Positions 18,208 through 28,981 of a stretch of DNA of 59,798 nt are shown here, piece by piece. The stretch is from an uncultured virus (IMG/VR IMGVR_UViG_2061766007_000580). Lineage: Duplodnaviria; Heunggongvirae; Uroviricota; Caudoviricetes. The notes beneath the pieces were generated by a model. That model worked only from the letters and a program-made list of their open reading frames with translations, made no database searches and was not told where the DNA came from. Position 1 is the first letter of the stretch; each line of letters begins with the position of its first letter. The DNA lies in IMG/VR virus record IMGVR_UViG_2061766007_000580; one strand, given 5' to 3'. A program made the position numbers and the translations under genes.

Positions 18208-21200
18208 ATGGCGGTCAACATCACGAAGAAGCCTACTTCACTTCCTTCGAGCCTGGTGCTCAAGCGCAATACGGAGAATGGCAACGCCGCGATAGAAGCG
18301 AATTGGAAGAACCCTGCGGCTGCGACGGATGAGAATAGGAACGACCGCTGGCAGCAGGTCGAGGAGCGGTGGGACTTCAACGCTTCGAAGAACATGGCGA
18401 AGAGCTACGTCACGCAGAACGGTTGGACTCGTAAAATAGCGGACAAGCTATTCATCACGGGCCAGGGCGTCCACACGCGTAGCTGCCAATACTACACTCG
18501 AAGCAAGTACCACCCTCTGACCAACGGGCGTTACCTCAACAGCGTGACCTGCGGCCTGTGGTCTGTGAACTCGAAAGGATGGATTGGCAAGGTTGCAAGC
18601 ACGTACACATTCCAGAAGCCGCGAAAGCCGACCATCACTTTAAGCCCAATCGACCCAGAGACCGGCATCATCACGACCACCATAAAGACCGATCCAGGGA
18701 ACGACGCATACGAGCGCTACGACACGTATTTTTGCATCACCAGACAGGTGAGCTGGAACGACCCGAAGTACAAGACGGAACAGCTATGGTACGGGTGGTA
18801 TGGCTGGCGAAGCACCGAGTTCGAGCTTCGAAACGACTGGGGGAACCTGGCGATTATGCCGGGAGAGTGGATACGCTTTCGGGCGAAGGCGTACGCACGT
18901 GGCTTGAAGGGGAACTCAGAAACCGTCGTAGCCGAGCATATCTTCGCGTATCCGGCGGTTGGCAGCATCAGCAACATCAGGGTCAGCAGCCTGAACGGCG
19001 CAGGCGTTGTTGTCCTCTCGATCAAAACGAACAGCAGCACGTATGCGCCAGTCGATTCCGTAAAACTCCAAAGGTTGGGCAATACGACAATCGCAACAGC
19101 CGCAAGCGCTGCGACGGCAGATGGATGGGAGGACGTCGAGGGAGCAGAGGACAACGCCACCGGTGGCGTCGGGTTCACCGACCAGGTCGTCAACGCGCTG
19201 CCTGACGTCAAGAAGCACACGTGGTATCGGCTCGTCACGAAGCACGACCTGCTCACGAGGACGAGCATCCCGGTCGAAGCGAAGGTATTGTACCGCGACA
19301 AGGACCAGGTCGGTGATGACAAGATAAACTTCGCGAGCGTCGTTGCAGGCGACGACGGCGAATCCGTTCGCATGTTGATCGGGTGGAAGAACGACGACTC
19401 CAACAACACAGAGGTTACGTGGAGCGAGTACGAGGATGCCTGGGAATCAAACAAGCAGCCTGAGTCAATTACGTTGTCGTGGGAAGACAGCACATCACAA
19501 ATTGCAAATTGGGCACATTCCGCACATGTGACCATCCGTGGGCTAGAGGAGGGGAAGCCATGTTACATCAGGGCACGTCGGTTCCTCGATGACGGGAACG
19601 GGATCACCTACGGGCCATGGTGCACACCTGCGAAAGAGAAATACCCAGTTACCGCGTCTACGACGCCAGATGACGTCGTGCTGTCCGCGCCCGCGTTCAT
19701 CGGACGTGGACGTGACCTCACGGTCACGTGGGCGTTCGGTGGCGAGCTGCAAACAGGATGGACTCTCTACTACCTGGTGGGAAGCAAGAAGTACGTCCTT
19801 GCGTCAGGCGACGACCCGAGCAGCGCCGTGACAGTGCCTGCGTCGAAGCTGGAAAGATTCGTCTCGCTGAACCTGCGCGTGTCCGTTTCAACTGGTGGTA
19901 CATGGGTCGATTCCGGCACGGTCGTAACGAAGATAGTGGAGCCTCCAGAGCTGACTGTTTCCACCAATTCGACCTTGACCGCGCAGCCCATGGAGATATC
20001 CATGCATTCGTCGGTTTCGAACGCATCGATTACGGCTTACCTCACAGCGAGCGCAATGTCATCTGGCGGCGTCTCGTCCGACTCGCCTTCCGGCGTGCTC
20101 GTTCAAGCTGCTGGCGACGTCGTGTGGGCAGACGTGCTCCAACCAGCTTGGGACACGGCGTACAAGCTCACAGAAGACGTGGAAATCGATTCTGAGAAGA
20201 CGTATTACGTGCTCGAAGATGGTGATTACGTTGCGGTTGACGAGCCGGACGTCTCCGAAATCGCGACGTATTACGAGACTGACGGGTTCGCTACTTCGTA
20301 TACGCTGCCGATGGGGCTGAACCTCTACGATGGAGGAACGTACGACATCAGCGCGGTCTCGACAGACCCGTCGACCAACCTGCCATCGAACGAGTCGATT
20401 GCCCAGACAAGCATCGCGTGGAGCCATCAGGCCGAGCCGCCTGCAAGCGCGACGTCTCTTGCAGTCGACCAAGAAGAACTCAGGGTGACGATGAGCCCGG
20501 TCGAGCCCTCGAATGCCGAGGAGTCTGCGACTTACCCGTTCACCATCGACGAGGAGATCGACGAGGATAAGACGTACTACGTTGAAGACGGCGGCGCGTT
20601 CGTGCCGGTCCAGAACCCGGACGTCGCAGACATAGAGACGTACCACGAGCGCGTCCTCTCGGACGTGTGCGACATCTACCGCGTGACGATGGACGGAGCT
20701 GTTCTCGTCGCGCAGGATGTCGTGTTCGGCACGTCGGTGACCGATTACTACGCGCCTTATTCCGACAGGGAAAGCAAGCCATCCTACAGGATCTGCACCC
20801 GCACTGCTGATGGGGACTTGGCGTGGAACGACTTCGATTACACGTTGCGTCATGACGGGCTCCGCCTAGATTGGGGAAGCAGCCACGTCGACCTCCCGTA
20901 CAACGTAAGGTGGTCAATCGGCTGGCAGAAGCGGTTCAGTCTCTCGAACCGCTGGGACGGGTCAAACGTCGGGCAGTGGGACGGCGGGTCCACACGCAGC
21001 GAGAAGCTCACCACCGACGTCATCCGCGTTGAATCATGGGAGACGTCGATGCTGCTGAGCGAACTTGCCCGTCACGACGGCCCGTGCTTCGTGCGCACGT
21101 CGATAGGGGAGGCGTATCAGGCGAACGTCGAGGTAAACGACTACAGCGGATCGCACGAGAACGCCGCAATCGCGGTGTCGATTGATGCTACGGAAACCGA

Positions 21201-21255
21201 CCTGACCGACGAGTTCATGATCGGTGCCCCGATAGCGGAAATGGGCGGTGAATGA
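18208..21255 (+). CDS. Large minor tail protein (beta-sandwich domains, possibly Dit-like C-terminus)
   Basis: Follows the tape measure gene; beta-rich; carries two copies of an acidic LTxDxEIDxxKTYY..EP..YYE module. Confidence 0.65.
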   Translation: MAVNITKKPTSLPSSLVLKRNTENGNAAIEANWKNPAAATDENRNDRWQQVEERWDFNASKNMAKSYVTQNGWTRKIADKLFITGQGVHTRSCQYYTRSKYHPLTNGRYLNSVTCGLWSVNSKGWIGKVASTYTFQKPRKPTITLSPIDPETGIITTTIKTDPGNDAYERYDTYFCITRQVSWNDPKYKTEQLWYGWYGWRSTEFELRNDWGNLAIMPGEWIRFRAKAYARGLKGNSETVVAEHIFAYPAVGSISNIRVSSLNGAGVVVLSIKTNSSTYAPVDSVKLQRLGNTTIATAASAATADGWEDVEGAEDNATGGVGFTDQVVNALPDVKKHTWYRLVTKHDLLTRTSIPVEAKVLYRDKDQVGDDKINFASVVAGDDGESVRMLIGWKNDDSNNTEVTWSEYEDAWESNKQPESITLSWEDSTSQIANWAHSAHVTIRGLEEGKPCYIRARRFLDDGNGITYGPWCTPAKEKYPVTASTTPDDVVLSAPAFIGRGRDLTVTWAFGGELQTGWTLYYLVGSKKYVLASGDDPSSAVTVPASKLERFVSLNLRVSVSTGGTWVDSGTVVTKIVEPPELTVSTNSTLTAQPMEISMHSSVSNASITAYLTASAMSSGGVSSDSPSGVLVQAAGDVVWADVLQPAWDTAYKLTEDVEIDSEKTYYVLEDGDYVAVDEPDVSEIATYYETDGFATSYTLPMGLNLYDGGTYDISAVSTDPSTNLPSNESIAQTSIAWSHQAEPPASATSLAVDQEELRVTMSPVEPSNAEESATYPFTIDEEIDEDKTYYVEDGGAFVPVQNPDVADIETYHERVLSDVCDIYRVTMDGAVLVAQDVVFGTSVTDYYAPYSDRESKPSYRICTRTADGDLAWNDFDYTLRHDGLRLDWGSSHVDLPYNVRWSIGWQKRFSLSNRWDGSNVGQWDGGSTRSEKLTTDVIRVESWETSMLLSELARHDGPCFVRTSIGEAYQANVEVNDYSGSHENAAIAVSIDATETDLTDEFMIGAPIAEMGGE

Positions 21256-22091
21256 TGCCCACGGTACAGACATCGATTGACTGGTCTGATTCCATCAGCT
21301 GCAAGTGGAGGTTGATGAGGGTGGACCCAGCCACGTGGGCAGATTCCGAAGAGGTCCTTGGGGTCGTCGGCGCGTCGATAAAACGCGATTCTACCGGGAA
21401 GCTGTTCGAATCCGGGAGCATCTCGATCGAGCGTCCTACTGGAACCGAGACTGATGACGGGCAGTGGGTGAGGATCGAGGTCCTGGCAGAACAGGGAAGC
21501 ATGATCGAACGACATGCCGTAGCAACGTTCAAACTTGCCCAGAAGGACTCCGTGACGAGACGTGGGCTATCCACGTTCAACTACGACGCCGCCAGCGTGC
21601 TCGAGCCGGCAGAGAAACGGACCGTGAAGCCAGGGTCGTTCGCCGCGAGGGGCGAAGACGGTGCATCCGTCGTAGCAGCGCTCCTATCAGAATGCACCCC
21701 AGCGCCAATCGAGGCGGATGGGTCGTTCGCGCTTCAGAAGCATGTCGTGTTCGCGAAGGACACGTCGAAGCTCGATGCGGCGTTGTCTGTTCTCGAAGAC
21801 AGCGGATGGTGCATCCAGGTCGACGTGCAGGGGCGCATCCACATTCGTCCACTGCCATCGTCAGAGTCGTTGACCATCGACATGGAGCACTCCAAGCTGC
21901 TCGGGACGTCTGTGACCATCGGCGACGGCACGCGCCACTACGAACGTGCATGGGTCCCCGGCATCACGGCGTTCGACGTCATCGAGGGCAGGCTCGTCGA
22001 AGCCGGTCTGCTGGGCCCGATGCGCGTCAGGTCGCAGTCTATATCCATCGGAAACCACATGTCAGTCGACGAGGAATGCGAGATGCTATGA
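21252..22091 (+). CDS. Minor tail / baseplate hub-like protein
   Basis: Synteny; W.IQVD..GRIHIRP. Confidence 0.55.
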   Translation: MMPTVQTSIDWSDSISCKWRLMRVDPATWADSEEVLGVVGASIKRDSTGKLFESGSISIERPTGTETDDGQWVRIEVLAEQGSMIERHAVATFKLAQKDSVTRRGLSTFNYDAASVLEPAEKRTVKPGSFAARGEDGASVVAALLSECTPAPIEADGSFALQKHVVFAKDTSKLDAALSVLEDSGWCIQVDVQGRIHIRPLPSSESLTIDMEHSKLLGTSVTIGDGTRHYERAWVPGITAFDVIEGRLVEAGLLGPMRVRSQSISIGNHMSVDEECEML

Positions 22092-23578
22092 ATGAGATAT
22101 CGAAACTTGCGCAGGAGCTCGCAAACCTTGCAGCTACTTCAGCGCCGTCAGCATCAGAACACCAGGCTACGGTACTGAGAACCGACAACGACGGAACCAT
22201 ATGGGTGTCTATCGACGATGGCGCGGAAGAGACGCCGTGCGTCGGAACATACGCTGATTCCAAGCCTGGTGATACCGTCAAGGTGGAGATATCCGAGGGG
22301 CGTGCAACCATTGTCGGGAATGCCACCAGCCCAGCTGCAACCAGCCGCACGGTCGAGGTCGTTAGAGGCGTGGCGGAGGACGCAGGTGACATGGCAGGCC
22401 GTGCACTCGATGCGGCAGGCGTCGCCGAACAGGCAGCTGTCGACGCGTTGCAAAGCGCAGACACTGCTGCAACTGCGGCTGGACAAGCACAGAGCAGCGC
22501 GGCGCAGGCAGTCGAGGACGCCGCCGTCGCGAGCGAACAGGCAATCTCCGCGCAAGGCAGCGCGACGCAGGCGAACGAGTACGCGGTGGGAGCCCTCATG
22601 GGGCTGTCTGACGTGGAGAAGGTCGTCGGTGCGTTGAACTGGATCACCGAGCACGGGTCATGGTCTCCGACGCAAGACGAGACGATTGAGCCTGGAAAGC
22701 AGTATTACGTGATAGACGGCGGGAGCTACAGCCCAGTGCAAGACCCGACCGACGATGACATGTTCAGCTATTCGCTCACATCTGACGTGGAAATCGACCC
22801 CGAGAAGACGTACTACGAGCGGGTCGTCGAATACACGTACGCTCTGACGCAGGATACCGAAATCGTATCGGGAAAGACGTACTACGAGCAGGTCGTCACC
22901 TACGAATACGAGCTGACGCAGGATGTCGAGCTCGACCCCACAAAGACGTATTACGTGCTGATTGAAGGCGAGTTCGTCGTGGTGGAAGAGCCAGACGTGG
23001 CCGACATCGGGACGTACTACGAGCAATCACAGGAAGTGTCATACGATGCGGTGGCGGAGCCAGACGCTGAGGATCTGCCGACCTACTACGAGCGCACGGA
23101 GCACGTGAGCTACGTGGCCGTGGAAGAACCAGTCCTGGCAGACTTACCGACGTACTATGAGCGCACCACGCTCTACTACGAGCTTTCCGTGGACGTGTCG
23201 GTGCAGAACTACATCGCGAGCCACCTGTCGCTCACGGACGACGGGTTGAACCTCACGGCGGATTCCAGCAAGTACAGGGCCGTCCTCGCAACCGATGGCC
23301 TGCGAATCCTCGACCCGCAGGGAAACGTCGTGGGCGTCCACGGGCAGGAAATCCAGCTAGGTAGCACGAGCGGAATCTACTTCTCCGCAACATCCAACGT
23401 GCTCTCGTTCAGGACGGTGGACCAGCTCATCGCATGGTTCGGCCAGAACAGCGACGGCATCTGGGAGATGCACATACAGAACACCTACGCCGAGGACATG
23501 GTTCGCTTCGGCGATTATGCGTTCATCAAGCGGCAGAACGGGAACATGTCGCTCAAGTGGTTGGGAGATGATGTCTAG
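22088..23578 (+). CDS. Minor tail protein with coiled coil and nested acidic repeats
   Basis: OB-like N-terminus (KPGDTVKVEI..GRA..GN), Ala-rich coil, repeats at 22661-23182. Confidence 0.7.
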   Translation: MNEISKLAQELANLAATSAPSASEHQATVLRTDNDGTIWVSIDDGAEETPCVGTYADSKPGDTVKVEISEGRATIVGNATSPAATSRTVEVVRGVAEDAGDMAGRALDAAGVAEQAAVDALQSADTAATAAGQAQSSAAQAVEDAAVASEQAISAQGSATQANEYAVGALMGLSDVEKVVGALNWITEHGSWSPTQDETIEPGKQYYVIDGGSYSPVQDPTDDDMFSYSLTSDVEIDPEKTYYERVVEYTYALTQDTEIVSGKTYYEQVVTYEYELTQDVELDPTKTYYVLIEGEFVVVEEPDVADIGTYYEQSQEVSYDAVAEPDAEDLPTYYERTEHVSYVAVEEPVLADLPTYYERTTLYYELSVDVSVQNYIASHLSLTDDGLNLTADSSKYRAVLATDGLRILDPQGNVVGVHGQEIQLGSTSGIYFSATSNVLSFRTVDQLIAWFGQNSDGIWEMHIQNTYAEDMVRFGDYAFIKRQNGNMSLKWLGDDV

Positions 23579-26098
23579 TGAGTACAACTTTTTACAGTCC
23601 CGTTTGGAAGCCGCTTGCCGCATCTACTGGCAAATTCAGGACGATGTGCACATATGACGTATCGTCAACGAACACGACCGTAACGTATTCTGGAACGATA
23701 TATCTTCAGCATACTGGAGGAACGTTCAATAGTGCTGTAACCAGCATACAAGGTTCGGTTGGATTAGGTCTTACTTACATAACATCCACTTCAACAACGA
23801 TTGAAGGTGGGACGTTTTATGCGTCTATGTGCAGTGTTTACGCGAACACTAATTCATACTCGCCATCGTCTGTTTCAAGTCATTCAAGTTGGACAACGGT
23901 TACGTCGAAGACGTTTAGTCTAAACGTCTCAAAGACAACAACATCAAAAACTATCTATTTGCTTACTGGACTTGAGTATACTAACTCTACAACCGGGTAT
24001 GTTGGATGGGGAAACTACAAAGCTGTTACCATACCAGCCCTACCATCCTACGCCATCACCTACAACGCCAACGGCGGCAGCGGGACACCAGCATCACAGA
24101 CGAAATACTACGGGACGAACATCACCCTCAGCTCCACCAAGCCGACACGGACGAACTACGTGTTCAAGAACTGGAACACGGCCAGCGGTGGAACTGGCAC
24201 GACGTACAACCCAGGGGCGAGCTATACTGCGAACGCGGCCCTGACGCTCTATGCTCAGTGGTACGCGCCGTACACCGTGACGTTCAACGCGAACGGCGGC
24301 ACTGGCGGTCCGTCCACACAGANNNNNNNNNNCACGGGGACGACGTACAACCCAGGGGCGAGCTATACGTCGAACGCGGCTCTGACGCTTTACGCGCAAT
24401 GGTACGCACCTTATACCGTGACCTACAACGCCAACGGCGGTACNNNNNNNNNNNNNNNNNNNNNNNNNNNNNNNNNNNNNNNNNNNNNNNNNNNNNNNNA
24501 GCGGGTACGCGTTCGTCAAGTGGAACACGAAGTCTGACGGAACTGGCACGTCGTACAATTCGGGCGCTACCTACAGCTCGAATGCCAACGTCACGCTCTA
24601 TGCCATCTGGGCGGCGGTGCCGTCAATCGGCACGCTCACGGCGGTGAGGTGCGACGAGAACGGCGACCAGGACGACGAAGGCGCATACGCAACCGTCGCA
24701 TGCACGTGGTCTTGCGTCGGCTCTTCCGCCATCACGGGCACGATAACGCCACAATCGGGCGGCAGCGCCACGTCGTTCACGTTCGGCACGAACCCGAGCG
24801 GGTCTGGAACAGTCACGTCCATCGCGCTCGTCGGCAGCGGCAACGGGATGGTGCTCGACACGGACATGCAGTACACGGTGAGCGTCACCGTTACGTGCAT
24901 CACGGGCGGCACGACCAAGACCGCGACCCGCAATGTCATCCTCACGAGGGCGTTCTTCGTCATGGACTGGAAAGCTGGCGGCGGTGCCGTTGGAATAGGC
25001 CGTGCTGCTCCCGAGAGCGGGTTGGAAGTCGGGTATCCTGCGGTGTTTGACGACAATGTTACGACCTATGGCACAGCTCACATTAAAGACCACGCATTGC
25101 AACTAGATTACCAAGACCTCGACACTTCGTACAACGCAACGTTGTCTGCTCAAAAAGATGCCAACATATTTGTGATGGATAAGAACAACTTAGCGCTTGC
25201 AGCTTTCCGTGGGCGACAGCTCGCCAGTGGTGAGAAACGTGCCGTCATGGAAGCGCATGGATACAACAGCAACGGTGATTCGATATGGTGCAACATTATA
25301 TGCCAAGTGGATAAGAGCGGTGCCCGTTCCTATTCGGTGTCAGATGCTGCTGCTTTCAGGAACGCTATCGCAGCCGTCAACAAAGCTGGCGATACGATGA
25401 CGGGTGCGCTCAGCATCAAGGATGATGAACTTGACCGCAATGGGTCGAACCCGTCTGCCACTGTATGGGGCACTGGCGTCCAACTTCTCGACAAAGACGG
25501 TGAAAGAGTGTCCCAGTTCATCGCTGCCAGGGAGACGGACGGTAGGATAAGGGCTGGCATATGGGCCTACAACGAGAAGACGGACGGCACACAGGTCAAC
25601 AATTCGATAAACGCCTTCATCGACAGAAACGGCGCGAGTACATATTCGGTCAGTGCTCCTGCAGCATTCAGGAACGCTCTCGGCGCTTCATCTGGTGTGT
25701 TCCCAGCGTCGGTTGGCGGAACTGGTTCTGCGTACTTCGACACTCATTCCGTATCTGATGTAAACGGGTCGAACGTCAGCCTTGCAACTGGGGTTACTGG
25801 GGTCTTAGGGTCGTTTAACCTCCCCGCTGGGAAATGGATTGTTGTCGCTGGCTTCAACTTCGCGTCGAATGCAACTGGCAGGAGAATCGCATCCTTAACG
25901 AATGATGGGTCGGCTGGATATGGTGCCAGGTGTCGTTCCGCTTCTGTTCAAGCTGTCAACGGAAACGCCACTTATATAAACATAGTATGGATTACGACCA
26001 CCACTGGGTCGTCGACGACAATCAAGGCATGCGGTTACCAGAACAGCGGGGCCGCTTTGAACGCTACCGTTTACATGTATGTATTCAGGCTCAAATAA
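23578..26098 (+). CDS. Tail fibre / receptor-binding protein with Listeria-Bacteroides (InlB B-like) repeats
   Basis: At least 3 copies of Y.VTYNANGG...WNT..GTGT.Y..GA.Y..NA.LTLYAQW; VNKAGDTMTG fibre motif; the two track ORFs join across N-gaps. Confidence 0.75.
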
Positions 26099-26108
26099 GG
26101 AGGCGTAC

Positions 26109-26720
26109 ATGCGTTACATCCAATTAGATGACTCAAGACGAATCATCGCTCACACGGAAGCGGAGCATAACCTAGACGAGAACATATGGCGGCAATTCAA
26201 CCTCCCAGACGAGCGTCTGCTTGATTTCAACGACTACCTGCTAATCGACGGGAATCTCGTACATGACCCGCTCCCGAAGCCAATCATCCCAGCGACCCCA
26301 GAGGAAGTCCTTGGTGCAATCGTGGAAGCGCAGCAGGAAGAGCTTCTGCCGCTCATCCCAGACGAGCTCATCGAGAGGATGACGCCATGGTTCCAGACGT
26401 GGGATGGGAACGGCCACGCATACGACGTGGGCAACATCGTCGTGTACCCAGAGATAGGGTCGATTCCAACCGAGGAAAACGTCCTCTACCGCTGCATCCA
26501 GGCCCACACGAGCCAGCAGGGGTGGAACCCCGTAGACGCTGCATCGCTCTGGGCTAAGGTGCTCACCGACCCAGACGTCCCGCAGCCGTGGGAGCAGCCT
26601 TCGAGCACGAACCCGTACATGAAGGGCGACCGCGTGACGCACGTCGGCCATACCTGGGTATCCGACATAGACAACAACGTGTGGGAGCCTGGCGTGTACG
26701 GGTGGACCGCAGAGGACTAA
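26109..26720 (+). CDS. Protein with CBM5/12-like carbohydrate-binding modules
   Basis: LYRCIQAHTSQ..W.P...SLW and YMKGDRVTH.GHTW.S...NNVWEPG..GW. Confidence 0.75.
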   Translation: MRYIQLDDSRRIIAHTEAEHNLDENIWRQFNLPDERLLDFNDYLLIDGNLVHDPLPKPIIPATPEEVLGAIVEAQQEELLPLIPDELIERMTPWFQTWDGNGHAYDVGNIVVYPEIGSIPTEENVLYRCIQAHTSQQGWNPVDAASLWAKVLTDPDVPQPWEQPSSTNPYMKGDRVTHVGHTWVSDIDNNVWEPGVYGWTAED

Positions 26721-26734
26721 GGGGGTGATGTCCT

Positions 26735-27109
26735 ATGGAGCTGCATTATCTGGCATTCGACGAGATCGGCATAACGTTCGCGGTCGTCGGCATCGCCATG
26801 GCGTTCGTCGTGCTCGTGTGGAACACCGTCAAGGCCATCCACGACTGGCGCGGAATGGCGAGGAAGCCGACATCCGACCGCATCGAGGACCACGAGCGTC
26901 GAATACTGAAGCTGGAAGAGTGCTGCGACGAGGTTCGCGGCAAGCTGGCGTCGGACTGGGAGTTCCAGCAGGACGAAATCGAGATGAACAGGCTGATGCT
27001 CAAGAGCATCAAGCAATTGTTGAAACACAGCATCGACGGGGATGACGTGGACGGTCTGAAGGCCATGGAAGCCGAGATAGACGGCTACCTGGTGGATCAC
27101 GCTCAGTAA
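26735..27109 (+). CDS. Membrane protein (lysis-associated, one TM plus coiled coil)
   Basis: N-terminal TM; position upstream of the holin. Confidence 0.6.
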   Translation: MELHYLAFDEIGITFAVVGIAMAFVVLVWNTVKAIHDWRGMARKPTSDRIEDHERRILKLEECCDEVRGKLASDWEFQQDEIEMNRLMLKSIKQLLKHSIDGDDVDGLKAMEAEIDGYLVDHAQ

Positions 27110-27120
27110 GGGGGCAAACA

Positions 27121-27327
27121 ATGACAACTTTCTTGAAATCGAACGACTGGAAGTACCGGCTGCTGCGCACCATCGTGCAAGGCGTAATCGGTGTAATCGT
27201 GGCGAACGTTGACCTATTGGTTGGGTACATCGTGCTCGACCCAGCAACAAGGGCGCTCGTGGTGGCGTTCGTGATGGCGGTTCTCTCGCCGATCATGGCG
27301 GAACTTGGAGAACGTTCGGGCGAATAA
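27121..27327 (+). CDS. Putative holin
   Basis: 68 aa, two TMs, RLLRTIVQG motif, directly before the endolysin. Confidence 0.65.
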   Translation: MTTFLKSNDWKYRLLRTIVQGVIGVIVANVDLLVGYIVLDPATRALVVAFVMAVLSPIMAELGERSGE

Positions 27328-27338
27328 CGGGGGGCTGA

Positions 27339-28907
27339 ATGGGAAAAATCCAAGACATGATCGATTACGCTGTGGCTGTCGCGAGGGATGACAGCCACGG
27401 TTATTCGCAGGTACGACGCTGGCCGGAAGACGGGACAGACTTCGATTGTTCTTCGCTCATGTACGAGGCGGCAGACCACGCGGGTTACGAAGTGAAGCGC
27501 GGGTGGCCCCGATACACGGGGAGCATGCTCGATGACTTCACGGCGGCGGGGTTCGAGGCGATTCGCTTCGACGGCAACCTGGGCGACCTCGACCCAGGGG
27601 ACATCATGCTCAACGTCGGCGCGCACACGGAGATGTACATTGGCAACGGCCAGTTCGTCGGGGCGCACATCGCCGAGACGGGTGGTGTCGATGGTGCACC
27701 AGGCGACCAGACGGGCAACGAGATATCCATTTGTCCAGCATACGTCTATTCGTCCGGGTGGGATTACGTGCTCATGCCGCCGAGGGACGTGGTGCCGATT
27801 CCCGATTCGTCTGACTACAGCACGACGCTCGATGGAATCGACATCGCGTCGTGGCAGGCTGGAATAGACATAGCATCGGTGGATGCTGACTTCGTAATCG
27901 TCAAGGCAACTGGCGGAACGAGCTACGTGAATCCCTATTGGCGTGAGTGGGCGAATGCCACGCTCGCATCGGGGAAGATGCTCGGCCTGTACCACTTCGC
28001 ATGCGAGTACGACGGCGAGCCGGGCGGCAAGGCGGAAGCTGAGTTCTTCCTGAGCCAAGTGTCGGATTTTATCGGCAAGGCGGTGTTCTGCTTGGACTGG
28101 GAGGCGCATGCCACGGGCATGCCAGTGTCGTATGCGAAGGCATGGCTCGACACTGTTGCTGATCGCACGGGCTCGACGCCGATGTTCTACGGGTACGCGT
28201 CGAACGTCAACAGCACGGACTACTCGGCAATCAGCGGGTACCCGCTGTGGATGGCGAGCTACCTCGACCGCTACTCCGGTGGTTCGGGATACGTAGACAA
28301 CCCAGCGAACAACTGGGACACGGGCGCATGGCGCGGCATGACGATATACCAGTATTCGTCCACGCGCACCATCCGAGGGTATTCGGGCAACCTCGACGTG
28401 AACGTCTTCTACGGATCAATGGATGACTGGGAAGCTCTGGCTAACGGTTCTGGTGGCGTGACGCCGACACCACGCCCCAGCGGGGACGAAAGCGCAATCC
28501 ACTTCCGCGCATCAATCGACCCCAGCGGACGCTCCTGGCTCGACGAGATGTGGGGGCACTACGACACGGGCGGCTCTGGCGACTGGTTCGCCGGCATCCC
28601 TGGCGTGGCCATGCGCTGGATCGCGATAAAGGGCGTCAAGCGCTACCGCGTGGCGACCACCGCGAGCGGTTGGTTGCCGTGGGTTGATCAGTACAACGTC
28701 AACGACCTCGACCAGGGCTGCGCAGGCGACGGCTCGCCCATCATTGCGTTGCAGGTGGACGACCCCAAGGCACGCTACTGCGTCGGCGTCGTCGGCGGCC
28801 CGCAGTACAGCGACATGGTGGGCCTGCGCGACCTCGGTGGCTCGGGCGACGATTTCGCTGGAGATATGGTGAACCCAATCGACCGGCTGTTCATGAACTG
28901 GGCCTAG
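27339..28907 (+). CDS. Endolysin: NlpC/P60-like peptidase + GH25 muramidase + C-terminal cell-wall-binding repeats
   Basis: DCSS..HTEMY..GAH; GIDIASWQ, VKATGG, LDWE, LDVN; Trp-rich C-terminal repeats. Confidence 0.88.
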   Translation: MGKIQDMIDYAVAVARDDSHGYSQVRRWPEDGTDFDCSSLMYEAADHAGYEVKRGWPRYTGSMLDDFTAAGFEAIRFDGNLGDLDPGDIMLNVGAHTEMYIGNGQFVGAHIAETGGVDGAPGDQTGNEISICPAYVYSSGWDYVLMPPRDVVPIPDSSDYSTTLDGIDIASWQAGIDIASVDADFVIVKATGGTSYVNPYWREWANATLASGKMLGLYHFACEYDGEPGGKAEAEFFLSQVSDFIGKAVFCLDWEAHATGMPVSYAKAWLDTVADRTGSTPMFYGYASNVNSTDYSAISGYPLWMASYLDRYSGGSGYVDNPANNWDTGAWRGMTIYQYSSTRTIRGYSGNLDVNVFYGSMDDWEALANGSGGVTPTPRPSGDESAIHFRASIDPSGRSWLDEMWGHYDTGGSGDWFAGIPGVAMRWIAIKGVKRYRVATTASGWLPWVDQYNVNDLDQGCAGDGSPIIALQVDDPKARYCVGVVGGPQYSDMVGLRDLGGSGDDFAGDMVNPIDRLFMNWA

Positions 28908-28940
28908 CTGCGGGACTTTCCTCCTTTCACCCGCAGCGGT

Positions 28941-28973
28941 GCGCCCCTGGCTTCGGCTGGGGGCGCTTTTTTT
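28941..28973 (+). terminator. Rho-independent terminator
   Basis: GCGCCCCTGGC-TTCG-GCTGGGGGCGC followed by T7. Confidence 0.85.
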
Positions 28974-28981
28974 GTGCCCGG

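Noticed and set aside
23578..26720. Diversity-generating retroelement or invertible tail-fibre cassette
   Set aside because: No reverse transcriptase, no TR/VR pair differing at adenines, and no invertase seen. The near-identical stretches are InlB-B-like repeats.
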